A DNA stretch of 64,000 nucleotides from an uncultured Planctomycetota bacterium. Lineage in GTDB: Bacteria > Planctomycetota > Planctomycetia > Gemmatales > Gemmataceae. Each line of letters begins with the position of its first letter. The first letter of the stretch is position 1. Location: positions 1,376,001 through 1,440,000 of the forward strand of contig CAWKHF010000012.1 of NCBI GenBank assembly GCA_963849325.1. The letters are read 5' to 3'. Of the stretch, positions 1 to 12,134 are shown piece by piece. A program made the position numbers and the translations under genes. The notes under the pieces were generated by a model. It saw nothing but the letters and a program-made list of their open reading frames with translations. It was not told the origin of the DNA and did not search any database.

Positions 1-655
1 CAGCCTCTCACGCTGCCGTTTGCCTTCGCCGATGGCGCGGCCCGCCAAGTGGGCGAACTGCTCGCGCAGCTGGGACTCGGTCGAGGCCAGGGCGTCGGCC
101 AGGCCCCAGCGAAACGCCTCGGCGGCGCTGAGCCGTTTGCGGTCGAGGATGACCCGCAAGGCCCGCTCCAGGCCGATGACGCGCGGCAAGCGCTGTGTGC
201 CGCCCCAGCCCGGCAGCAGACCCAGCTCGACCTCGGGCAAGCCGAGTTGCGTACTCGGCTTGTCGATAGACGAGCCGGTAATCGCAGGCCAACGCGAACT
301 CGAGGCCGCCGCCCAGGCACGCGCCACTGATCGCCGCGATGCTGGGCATCGGCAGGCCGGCGAGCTTGCCGAACAGCTTCTGCCCGGTTGCCGAAATCGC
401 CGTGGCCGCGGCGGAGTCTTGAATGCCGAGGAACTCGTGCAGGTCGGCCCCCGCGATGAAGCCGCTTTTCTTGCCGCTGCGAACGACCAGCAACGGCGCC
501 TTGCTATCGATCACCGCATCGAGCGCGGCGTCGAGATCGGCCAACACTTGCCGGTTGAAGACGTTGACGCCGCGGCCCGGCACGTCGAGCTGGAGGACCA
601 CGCTGCCGTCGATGTCGCGCTCCACCACGACCGTCTCGGACTGAAAGACCCTCAT
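1..655 (-). CDS. Enoyl-CoA hydratase N-terminal domain of a fatty-acid oxidation multifunctional enzyme (FadB/FadJ-like); frameshift near 265, runs off window start
   Basis: Crotonase motifs FIAGADL and [16 protein letters not shown]; the other frame continues [20 protein letters not shown]; lies next to a thiolase. Confidence 0.85.
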
Positions 656-678
656 GCGGTTATCTCCGATTGGCTAAT

Positions 679-798
679 CCCAGAGTCACAGAGAGCACAG
701 AGAAAAAAGATATAAAAATGGTATATTCTATTTCCAATCTTCGTTATCGTTCTTTGTCTCTGCCCTTCTTTTCTCTCTGTGTTTTCTGTGACTCTGGG
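679..798. repeat. AT-rich inverted-repeat element (MITE/REP-like)
   Basis: CCCAGAGTCACAGAGAGCACAGAGAAAAAAGA ... TCTTTTCTCTCTGTGTTTTCTGTGACTCTGGG, imperfect ~30-bp arms around an AT-rich core. Confidence 0.75.
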
Positions 799-807
799 GT
801 TCATTGT

Positions 808-2088
808 CTACTCTGTCTCTACCAGCAGCGCCGCGCCTTGTCCGCCGCCGACGCACAACGTCGCCAGACCGCGACGAAGGTTGCGCCGCCGCAGTTCCTT
901 GAGCAGCGTCAGCACCAGCCGCGTACCCGTCGCGCCGACCGGATGCCCCAGAGCGATCGCCCCGCCGTTGACGTTTAGCCGGCTGCGGTCGATTTCACCC
1001 AGCGCCGAATCGCGGCCCAGGTGTTCGCGGGCAAACTGCGCCGAGGCGAAGGCTTTTTCGTTGCCCAGCACCACGGCGGCGAACGCCTCGTTCATCTCGA
1101 TGAGATCGATGTCCGTCAGCTTGAGGCCGGTCTTTTGCAGCAGCTTGTTCGTGGCGAACACCGGTCCGAGTCCCATCCGCGACGGATCGCAGCCGGCGTA
1201 GGCGTAGGCACGCAGATAGCCCAGCGGCCGCCGACCGTCGGCGCGGGCCGCCTCGCCGGGCATGACCACCATCGCCGCGGCGCCGTCGGTGATCGAGCAG
1301 GAGTTGCCGACCGTCACCGTGCCGTTCTTCTGGAAGAACGGCTTGAGACGAGCCAGCGCCTCCAGCGTCTGTTCCTTGCGCGGGCCGACGTCCTCGGCGA
1401 CGGTACGGCCGGCCGCTTCGGCCGGCACCGGCGTGATTTCCTCGGCAAGCACGCCGCGCTTCTGAGCGTCGGTGGCGCGGCGATGGCTCTCCAGCGCGAA
1501 GGCGTCCTGCTCCTGTCGAGTCAGGCCGAAATCGCGGACGAGCAACTCCGCCGTATCGCCCATGATGAGGCCGCATACCGGGTCGGTCAGGCCGAACTGC
1601 ACGCCGACGACCGGCTTGAAGTGCCGCGGCCGGAAGCGCAGCAGCGCGGCCAGCCGCTGCCGCCAGTTCTTCGCCTTGCCCAGTCGCAAATACAGCTCCG
1701 TCGCCTCGCGGTTGTAGAGTAAGGGGATGCGGCTCATCGATTCGACGCCGCCGGCGACGACGGTGCGGGCCTCGCCGAGTTGGATGAGCTGGGCGGCCGT
1801 GGTGATCGCTTCCATGCCGGAGGCGCAGTTGCGCTGGACGCTGTGGGCGATGCGATCGCGCGGAATGCCGGACAACAGGGCGATGACGCGCGCGATGTTG
1901 GCCGCGTCCGGCGGCATGGCGACGTTGCCGAAGACGACTTGATCGACCTGGTCGGGCCGCAGGCCGGCGCGCTGGAGCACGGCCGTGGTGGCGATGCGGC
2001 CAAGCTCCTGGGCGGACACCGAAGCCAGTGGGCCATAAGCCTTGGCGAAGGGCGTGCGGATTCCTTCGAGAATGGCGATGTCGAGCAT
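808..2088 (-). CDS. Acetyl-CoA C-acyltransferase (thiolase, FadA/FadI-like)
   Basis: Motifs NCASG, NEAF, GHPVGATG, LCVGGGQG; AGGAGG upstream. Confidence 0.95.
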   Translation of the reverse strand: MLDIAILEGIRTPFAKAYGPLASVSAQELGRIATTAVLQRAGLRPDQVDQVVFGNVAMPPDAANIARVIALLSGIPRDRIAHSVQRNCASGMEAITTAAQLIQLGEARTVVAGGVESMSRIPLLYNREATELYLRLGKAKNWRQRLAALLRFRPRHFKPVVGVQFGLTDPVCGLIMGDTAELLVRDFGLTRQEQDAFALESHRRATDAQKRGVLAEEITPVPAEAAGRTVAEDVGPRKEQTLEALARLKPFFQKNGTVTVGNSCSITDGAAAMVVMPGEAARADGRRPLGYLRAYAYAGCDPSRMGLGPVFATNKLLQKTGLKLTDIDLIEMNEAFAAVVLGNEKAFASAQFAREHLGRDSALGEIDRSRLNVNGGAIALGHPVGATGTRLVLTLLKELRRRNLRRGLATLCVGGGQGAALLVETE

Positions 2089-2154
2089 GAGGACGCCTCC
2101 TTGGAGTTGTTTTCGACGAGATGGGCGGGTCGGTCAAGAGGGGGTAGCGAGTCC

Positions 2155-2213
2155 ACAAGCCCGGAGCGTTAGCGACGGGTTATCCAAACCCGTCGCTAAC
2201 GCTCCGGGCTTGT
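2155..2213. repeat. REP-like palindrome, family A
   Basis: ACAAGCCCGGAGCGTTAGCGACGGGTT-loop-AACCCGTCGCTAACGCTCCGGGCTTGT; related copy at 29271. Confidence 0.9.
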
Positions 2214-2231
2214 AGGTGGAGAGCTACCTGC

Positions 2232-3974
2232 TCACGCCGTCGTGTGGCCGTTACCGTTGACCGAGGGCGGCGACTCGCGCAGCTTGCGGCGCAGCACCTT
2301 GCCGAGGAAGTTCTTGGGCAACTCGCTGACCACCTCGATCTTGCCGCGGCCGTTTCTGCTTGCCCAGGTGCAGCTTGCAGTGGTCTTCCAGGGCGGCCAG
2401 GTCCAGCTTGCCGCCGCCGCGCGGCACGACCAGCGCCTTGACCAACTCGCCGCGATCGTGGTCCGGCACGCCGACCACCGCCGCCTCGGCCACGTCCGGG
2501 ATAGCCGCGCAGCACCTCTTCCACCTCCGCCGGGAACACCAGGAAGCCCGACGTTTTGATAATGTCCCTTTTGCGATCCACGAAGGTGTAATAACCTTCG
2601 CCGTCGCGGCGGGCCATGTCGCCGGTGAACAGCCAGCCGTCCTTGAGCACCGCCTCCGTGGCGCAGCGGGTTGTTGAAATAGCCCTTCATCATCTGCGGG
2701 CCGCGCACCACCAGTTCGCCGACCTGCGCCGTCGGCCACGCTCGGCGCCCGTCTCGGGATCGACCAGGCGCGCCTCCGTGTCCGGCAGCGGCAGGCCGAT
2801 GGTGCCCGGACGGTTGGCCGTCGCCGGACGGGTTGGCGTGCGTCACCGGGCTGGCCTCGGTCAGGCCGTAGCCCTCGACGATGGCGCCGACGCCGTGCTT
2901 CTCGAACTCCGTGCGCACGCCCGGCTCCAGGGCCGAGGCGCCGGAGATGACGAAGCGGATGAACGACAGGTCGTGTGGCTCGTCGCGCATGAGGTTGTTG
3001 AGGGCGTGCGAGCATGGCCGGCACGGCCGGCACGATCTCCGGCCGCTGCGCTTCCAAGCAGCGACAGCACCGCCCGCGTCTCGAAGCGCGGGTGCAGGTG
3101 CAGCGTGTCGCCCTTGGCCCAGCTGGTCAAGAGCGACACCGTCAGGCCGTAGGCGTGGAAGAACGGCAGCACGCCGAGCAGGCTCTCGGTGCCGTCGTCG
3201 CCGCCGCACCAGTTGCGCAGCTGCAAGGCGTTGGCCACCAGGTTGCGATGCGTCAGCATGACCGCCTTGGGCGACGACGTCGTGCCGCCGGTCGGGGCCA
3301 GCACGGCCACGTCTTCCTCGGGCGTCACGGCGACCGCCCGCTCCAGCGGCTCCGCTTGCAGCAGGTCCTCGAAGCGATGGCGGCGGGCGTCGTGCGGCAG
3401 GCGCAGGTAGCCGCTGCGGCGCAGGCGCTCGATGCGATAGAGCATGCCGCGCCACATGGCCATGCGGCGGGCCAGCGAGGTCAGGACGACGTGTTCCAGC
3501 GGGCCGCGCTCCAGCGCGCCCGATCACGGCCGGGGCCAGCAAATCGAGGGTGACGACGATGTGACAGCCGGTCGCCTCCAGCCAGTGGCCGACCTCCTCG
3601 GCGACCATGAGCGGGCTGAGCTGCAGGGCCGTCGCGCCGGTCAGCCAGATGGCTTGCAGGGCGATCAGGTACTCGGGGATGTTCGGCAGCAGCACGCCCG
3701 ACGTGCCGGCCCGGCCGGCGCCCGAGGTCGGCCAGGGCGCGGGCCAGCCGCCGCGCCTGCTCGTCGAGTTGGGCGAAGGTCGTGGCCCGGCCGTACAGCG
3801 TGCAGGCCGGCCGCTCCGGGATGCGCCGCGCCGCCCGCTCCAGCAGGGCGCTCAGCGGCACACGCGGGTAAGGCACGGACGACGGCATGTCACAGGGGTA
3901 TTCGTCCAGCCAGGACTGCTGCCAGGATGGGACCGACAACTCCGGGGATCGCAGTTCGGCGACAGGGGCGTCAC
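2232..3974 (-). CDS. fadD: Long-chain fatty-acid--CoA ligase (several frameshifts; start approximate)
   Basis: Fragments carry [35 protein letters not shown] and [12 protein letters not shown]. Confidence 0.8.
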
Positions 3975-4333
3975 GGCGGCTCTCCTTCCGGCGCAGTCGC
4001 TCGTTGACGCGCGACACGCGAACAGGATTACAGCAGGGGAGGGGGACCGAGAGGCGCGAGACGGATGAGCGGACAAGACTGCGTGACACGAGCCGCTCAG
4101 GTGTGATTTCGGGGCCGTGGCCTCTCTTCTCTTCTCTCCACTATATTTTACGTTGCTTCTCCGACAGAAACAACCGGCCGAACCGCGTTTATTCGGCATC
4201 CCGCGGAGAGGGACTGCAGAACATACCGATCGCGCGGGATCTGCCGCCGACTGCTGCGGTGGGCGACAACGGTTACGCCGGACATAGAATGCCCCGGCGA
4301 GCTGGTTTGGCACATGGATTGGGAGATGGACTC

Positions 4334-5227
4334 ATGCCGACTCTGCTGCAAAGCGACGTGCCCGGCTACCCCTGCCGCCGCGGCAAGGTCCGCGACGTCT
4401 ACGACCTCGGCGACCGGCTCGTCATCGTCGCCACCGATCGCATCAGCGCCTTCGACTGGGTGCTGCCGACCGCCATCCCCGACAAGGGCCGCGTTCTGAC
4501 CGCCCTGACGCTGTTCTGGCTCGATCCTCTCGGCGTGCCGCATCATCTGCTGAGCACGGACCTGGCGGACATGCGGCCGGCCTTCGCCGACCGCGCCGAG
4601 GAACTGCGAGGCCGCACTTGCCTGGTGCGCAAGGCGTCGGTGGTGCCGATCGAGTGCGTCGTGCGCGGCTACCTGGCCGGCTCCGGTTGGAAGGAGTATC
4701 GCCGGCACGGCACGGTCTGCGGCATCTCCCTGCCGCCGGGTCTCGCTCAGAGTGCTCGCCTGCCCGAGCCGATCTTCACGCCCGCCACCAAGGAAGAGAG
4801 CGGCCACGATCAGAACATCTCCTTCGACGAGATGGCCCGGCGCGTCGGCGGCGAACTGGCCGCGGCAGCTGCGCAGCGCAGCCTCGACGTCTACCGCCGG
4901 GCGGCCGAGCACGCCCGCTGCGCGGCCTGATCCTGGCCGATACCAAGTTCGAGTGGGGCCTGATCGCCGGATGGGCAAATCATTCTGATCGACGAGGTGC
5001 TGACGCCGGACAGCTCGCGCTTCTGGCCGGCGGACCAGTACCGCGAGGGCGTCAGTCCGCCGTCGTTCGACAAGCAATTCGTGCGCGACTGGCTGGAGAC
5101 GACCGGCTGGGACAAGAACAGTCCGCCGCCGGAGTTGCCCGCCGATGTGGTTGCGCGCACCGCCGCCAAGTACCGCGAAGCGTACGAGCGTCTGACCGGC
5201 CGACCGCTGTCGCCAGCGACGGCCTAA
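4334..5227 (+). CDS. purC: SAICAR synthetase (frameshifted near 4920-4975)
   Basis: [62 protein letters not shown]. Confidence 0.95.
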
Positions 5228-5388
5228 GAGATAGCGGACAACACTTCTCTCTCTCCATTCGCGGCCGACGCCGAGGTTGACTACTGGGCCATTCGGTGCG
5301 CTAACCTCGGCCGATGGCGCGGCCTAACCTGAGAAAGCATCTGCGCGTTGCTGCGCTCGCTGGCCCGCTGATGATGGAAGAATAGTTG

Positions 5389-5416
5389 TTGTGGAAACAA
5401 AAGAACCCCGTATAAT
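5389..5416 (+). promoter_or_regulatory. Possible sigma70-type promoter
   Basis: TTGTGG-16nt-TATAAT upstream of AGGAGG (5462) and ATG 5473. Confidence 0.4.
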
Positions 5417-5472
5417 CCTTGAATGTGCCATAATCAGATTACTCAGCACCTGAGGAAGAGCAGGAGGGTGGA

Positions 5473-6516
5473 ATGTCGAGACTTGTTACGGTCCACGGAT
5501 TGGTTGGGAGATGGACAGCCTTCGCGGTAGCGCTGGGGCTATTCAGCGTATCGCTGGCGGCGGTCTTCGGCCAGTCGGACGGCAGTTCTTACGTGCCGGG
5601 TCCGGCACCATTCATCTTACCGATTGAATGGCAATGTCAGGAAGACGTTCCGACTCCGCTGGACCGGACGGACTTCGGACTCAACGAACAGGTAGACTTC
5701 TGGATTGATCCGACTACATGGGTAGATGAAGACTATTCCGTCGATCCGTACGGCAATCTGACGCCGGTATACGATTCTTTAGGACTCGTTATCTGGTCCG
5801 TAACCGGAGCAGGGACAATCTACCCCACGATTGGCTACAGCACCACACTCACCGTTGACGAAGTGACGCAGGACTCTCCCGTGAGCGTTGAGGCTCAGGT
5901 ATGGGATTCGGAAACCCTGGGTCTTGATCCGCCGGTGACGCTCCAGGCAGGAGGTGGCGGAGGGATGATGGGGCAGGTACCCACGGGAATTCAGGGTGTT
6001 GTATGGTATGACGATTTGGGAGTAGGAGCCCCGGGACCGCCTAACAATCAGGTCGGGGCTCGCAGTCGCTTCTGGTATCAGGTGACGCCCGCGTTCGTCA
6101 ACTTCTCCGCCACCCAATTCCAAGAAAATATTCCCGCTATCCCCCTGCCTCCTCCCTATGCTGCCCCTGTCTGGCCAGATGGCACACCTGTTAACATCGG
6201 CGCGAACATCGTGCCGTTCAACGTTGCCAACGTCACGTTCGGGCCACCGAATGCACAAGTGCTGCAGCCCAACATGGTGCGCGACCGGATCGGTACCGGG
6301 CCGTGGCCGGTTGGGCAGTTGGGGGATCCACCTCAAGCATTTAGCTACAGCGTTCCCGTACCCCTGGAGTACTCATCGGCCGGCGCCTGGATCCGTATCG
6401 CTTCGACGAATAGCAAGTGGCATCCGCGGGAATTCCAAGCGAACTTACAAGCGCGCGTTGGCCTCGACCCTGGGTCGGGACCCGTCTGGGGAGGGCTGCA
6501 AGGTCCTTGGCAGTGA
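5473..6516 (+). CDS. Hypothetical secreted protein with two beta-rich domains joined by a poly-Gly linker
   Basis: Strong RBS, hydrophobic N-terminus, acidic V/T/P-rich body, lower GC than flanks. Confidence 0.7.
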   Translation: MSRLVTVHGLVGRWTAFAVALGLFSVSLAAVFGQSDGSSYVPGPAPFILPIEWQCQEDVPTPLDRTDFGLNEQVDFWIDPTTWVDEDYSVDPYGNLTPVYDSLGLVIWSVTGAGTIYPTIGYSTTLTVDEVTQDSPVSVEAQVWDSETLGLDPPVTLQAGGGGGMMGQVPTGIQGVVWYDDLGVGAPGPPNNQVGARSRFWYQVTPAFVNFSATQFQENIPAIPLPPPYAAPVWPDGTPVNIGANIVPFNVANVTFGPPNAQVLQPNMVRDRIGTGPWPVGQLGDPPQAFSYSVPVPLEYSSAGAWIRIASTNSKWHPREFQANLQARVGLDPGSGPVWGGLQGPWQ

Positions 6517-6653
6517 GCGGGAGGATAGCGGAAAGGCTCGTGTCTCTCCCCGTATCCAGAAGTGTTGTGGAGAAGCGTTTGTCTGAGCGTTCCGGGTACA
6601 CTTCACTCTTTTTTTCCCGCAGGAACCTTTGGGATGAGAAAGGCACTCGTCGC

Positions 6654-7559
6654 ATGGCTACTTCCTTGTTACTCGTGGCGAGTTTGTGTTCCGTGATCAC
6701 CCAGAAAGAAGAAACGGAAGGAATGACGCCAGCATTCAAGCAAGATCTGGCTCGCCTGGCCGCGTTACGCCATGGAAGGGACACCCAGCTAAGAAGGGTC
6801 GATCAACTTGGTCAAGAATTGCTCCAAAAATATTCTGGCGGCAGGGAGCAAGGGGCAATCTACTACCAACTGGCGCACATCCACGCCCAAAGCGGTTTAC
6901 GCGAACCCGACCGCGTCATCGCGTATGCCAGCAAGGCGTTGGCTTTCCCTCTGGATCCATCGCAGCGTATGCGAATGTACGTTTACTGGGGAGACGCGGC
7001 CCGGTTGAAACAAGGACGATCACCAACAGCGGCGCAGCGCAAGGAGGTGGCCCTAACCTATCTCCAAGGACTGAAAGAAACGTCCCGCTATCAGCTGCCG
7101 GATACTCCGCCTGAACTACCCGGTGTCTCACCTTACGACGTGGACGGCCCTCCAGCGGTGGTGGAAAAGGCTCGTCAGGAGCATAAGCGGGAGATGGATG
7201 CTCGGAAGGAGGCGGAATTTCAGCGTGAGATGATTCAGCATCGCAAAGTATTGACTCAACAGCTCGTGGATCTGTATTCTCGCAAGCCTTATGCGACGGA
7301 GGAGTTAGAACAACTTGCCCGCCAGATCCTGGGCGATCCAGCGGCCGTGGAGCGGCTGATGAAGGCTTTGCCGCCAGCTGTCGAGAAGGACCGACAAATG
7401 CAGGCAGCCCTCGACGCCAAGAACGCCGCCGCGCGGAAGAAGCCGTTGCCTGCACCAGCCTCCGCCGCTTGGGCCTATTTCTGGCTTTTTATCTCAGGAA
7501 CGCTTGTCGTCCTTGCCATCCTCTCGCTGTTTTATTGGCGACGACGGCAATCGACTTGA
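6654..7559 (+). CDS. Hypothetical exported helical protein with C-terminal TM helix and basic tail
   Basis: Signal-like MATSLLLVASLCSVIT; TPR-like helices; ends PLPAPASAA-WAYFWLFISGTLVVLAILSLFYW-RRRQST. Confidence 0.7.
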   Translation: MATSLLLVASLCSVITQKEETEGMTPAFKQDLARLAALRHGRDTQLRRVDQLGQELLQKYSGGREQGAIYYQLAHIHAQSGLREPDRVIAYASKALAFPLDPSQRMRMYVYWGDAARLKQGRSPTAAQRKEVALTYLQGLKETSRYQLPDTPPELPGVSPYDVDGPPAVVEKARQEHKREMDARKEAEFQREMIQHRKVLTQQLVDLYSRKPYATEELEQLARQILGDPAAVERLMKALPPAVEKDRQMQAALDAKNAAARKKPLPAPASAAWAYFWLFISGTLVVLAILSLFYWRRRQST

Positions 7560-7607
7560 GGGCGGCGCTGGCAACCGTCCAGCTCCGTCCCCTCGCCCCG
7601 CGAGGGT

Positions 7608-8857
7608 TTAGTAAAAAGGATACCAGGCGCTGAAAAGCGCAGGCATACACCCCCATGAGGAAAGCGCTCAGAGAGAGCAAACCGCAAGCCACGCCCGGCG
7701 GCGCGCGTTGCAGCAGTCGGCCGAGTATCAGGTAGATCGGGATAACTGCCGCCATGAACCGTCCCATGCTCCCCATGTACATCTCATAGCTGCGCATCAC
7801 GTAGGGAATGAGCAGCATTGGTATGCTGAAGGCAATTTCCGTCTCCGACAACCAGCGTCTCCAGACTCCAACAGCAATTAACCCAATGGCCAGGATGAAG
7901 TAACACGGGTTAGCGAGGCGCAGGTTGAAGAACGGTTCGACTGGCTGGTGGCGCGTCCAGAAGCCTCCAGAGGAGGGATCGAAGGTGGTCCAAATGGGTT
8001 CCAACGTGAGAAGGGAAAAAACCTTGTTAGGTCCAACTCCTAACGGACGATCCCGCCAGTGGACTTGTGTCTTGGCAAATGCCAGCGGGTCGCCGAACTC
8101 GGCCCACTGATACCCCATGTAGGCCAGCAAGCCCCAAGAGGCGAGCGGCAGGTAAAGGACAAGCTGCCCAGCCAAACTCCGATAGGATTTCAGCGCTGCG
8201 AAGGAGACGGAGGGCGAAAGGAGCAAGCAAGGCGACGCCGACTGGTCGCGCGGCTGTTGCCGCTCCGATCACCAGCGCCGTTGGCAGCCAGCGCCAGTTC
8301 TGGTCCAGAGCATACAAGGCCAATACGGTGAAGAAGAGGAAAATGGATTCGCTGTAAGCCATTCGGAAGAAGAAGGTGGTGGGGAACAAGCCAAAGATGA
8401 GTAAGACGTAGTCCGTCGTGACAGCCGGTAACCCGACTATCCGAGATTCGGTGTACGCAGCCAGCACGGCAAAGGTTGCCAGCAGGAACAAGTGGCTACA
8501 GGTCAAAAGGGCCAGCTCAGAAGACCAGCCGGTAACTGTCATAAGAAGCCGTCCGGCCAGCGGATAAGCGGGGAAAAATGCAACGCTGGAAGGAGCCTCC
8601 GGGTCGTAAGCATAACCTTCCCGCGCGATGCGAGCATACCACCGGCCGTCCCAAGCGGCGAAGGTTGCCACCACCGACCGTTCCTTTCCCTGGCCGTAAG
8701 CCGTTGGTTGGACGTACTTTGAACCGAAGTAGCCTCCTAGTAAAGCAATGAGGCTCGTCAGGACATAGTAAGCAAAACCTATGCTGATCCACTGCGGCAC
8801 GCGAGATTTCGTTCCGAATGGTGCGCCGTGTCCAGATACTTGAGGCGGCGTGGACAT
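7608..8857 (-). CDS. GT-C glycosyltransferase, PIG-V/GPI mannosyltransferase-2-like (frameshifted)
   Basis: WDGRWYARIAREGY, AFFPAYP, YSESIF, AARPVG, FGDPLAF; multi-TM; corrected frame ends ALFSAWYPFY*. Confidence 0.8.
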
Positions 8858-8890
8858 GAGTCATGTTCCCAATCAGGCGTTTCCGCGCTG

Positions 8891-8940
8891 GCGAGCGGCT
8901 GGTCAAAGTCTTCACCAGCCGGCTCACGCCGGCCGTTCGC

Positions 8941-8941
<1 letters not shown>
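8891..8941. repeat. Truncated REP-like palindrome, family D
   Basis: CACCAGCCGGCTCACGCCGGCCGTTCGCC matches the right arm of the 11101 element; left arm degenerate. Confidence 0.7.
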
Positions 8942-11082
<2,141 letters not shown>

Positions 11083-11100
11083 GACAGACTCCTTGTGGAC

Positions 11101-11165
11101 GGCGAACGGCCGGCGTAAGCCGGCTGGTGCGTACGCCACCAGCCGGCTTACGCCGGCCGTTCGCC
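11101..11165. repeat. REP-like palindrome, family D
   Basis: GGCGAACGGCCGGCGTAAGCCGGCTGGTG / CACCAGCCGGCTTACGCCGGCCGTTCGCC, perfect 29-bp arms. Confidence 0.9.
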
Positions 11166-11172
11166 CAGAAAT

Positions 11173-12001
11173 TTAGTCTTTACCCGGACTCCGGTAGCCG
11201 GGCAAAGCGTCGATGCGTTTGCGGATGTCCGCCTGCGCGGCGAAAGCGTTCGTCCTTGAGCGAGCCGTATTGTTTGACAAACTCGGCGGCGGTCAGCCCC
11301 TCGGGCAAGCCTCGGGGTGAAAGGGCGTAGTCGGCGAGGCGAAACGATTTCTCGATGTCGGCCAGTCGGCCCGGCCGGTCGAGCAAACGGCGAGCGAAGG
11401 CGATGCCAGCGAAATCGGCGGACAGGTCGGCGAAGCTGAAGCCGCTGCCACCGTGGGCGTCGAGCCATTCCTTGAGGACGCCGGCGCTCTCGGCGGCCTC
11501 CGGCCCGGCCACGGCGGTCAGGGCCGCCGACACGGCGAAGTGCTGGGCCAGGTCGTGCCGGCCGTAAAGCGTCGGTTCGCCGAGCACGAGCAGCCGCTGC
11601 TCACGGGCCTCGTCCGTCTCGACCTTGCGCCACAGTCCGCGCGTCAGCAGGTTCTGGCGCAGCAGCGCGGAATCGTCCAGGGCGATGCCCAGCGCCAGCA
11701 GGTACGCCGGCGCCGACTGCTCGGCCGGTAAGCGGCGAGCGGTAGTCGCCCCGGCCCGGACGTAATACTCGGTGAGGTCATCACCCGTTCGGCGAAAGGG
11801 TCCGTCCGTACCGGGGACGCCACGCTGCGGTAGGCGCTGATTGTCGGCCGCGGCCTTCACGATAGCGGTCAGCACCATCCGGGCGTTATCGGCCAGGACA
11901 GCGGACGGGGCCTTCTTCGGCCCATCCGCCTCGCCGGCTCGCGCGGGACAGACGATTCCGCCCAGACTCAACGCGAACACGGCGGCGAAGCGTGCCTCCA
12001 T
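11173..12001 (-). CDS. Hypothetical exported protein (frameshift near 3' end)
   Basis: Signal-like N-terminus; conserved-looking DLAQHFAVSAAL and GSGFSFADLSAD; corrected end IRKRIDALPGYRSPGKD*. Confidence 0.7.
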
Positions 12002-12134
12002 AGACGATCCCTTGTAGGCGGCCGGAACGTGTCACCCCCTGCGCGGACCAACCACGCACCGCGGAGGACCATTCCCTTATTGTCCGTGCTGGGAGAGGGG
12101 CGTCCAGTGCGATGGGCCGCGAACGCCGCGCGGG

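Noticed and set aside
5260-5345. CCGAGGTT/AACCTCGG inverted repeat and GCCTAAC as a possible attC
   Set aside because: No convincing L boxes or matching GTT core at a suitable distance
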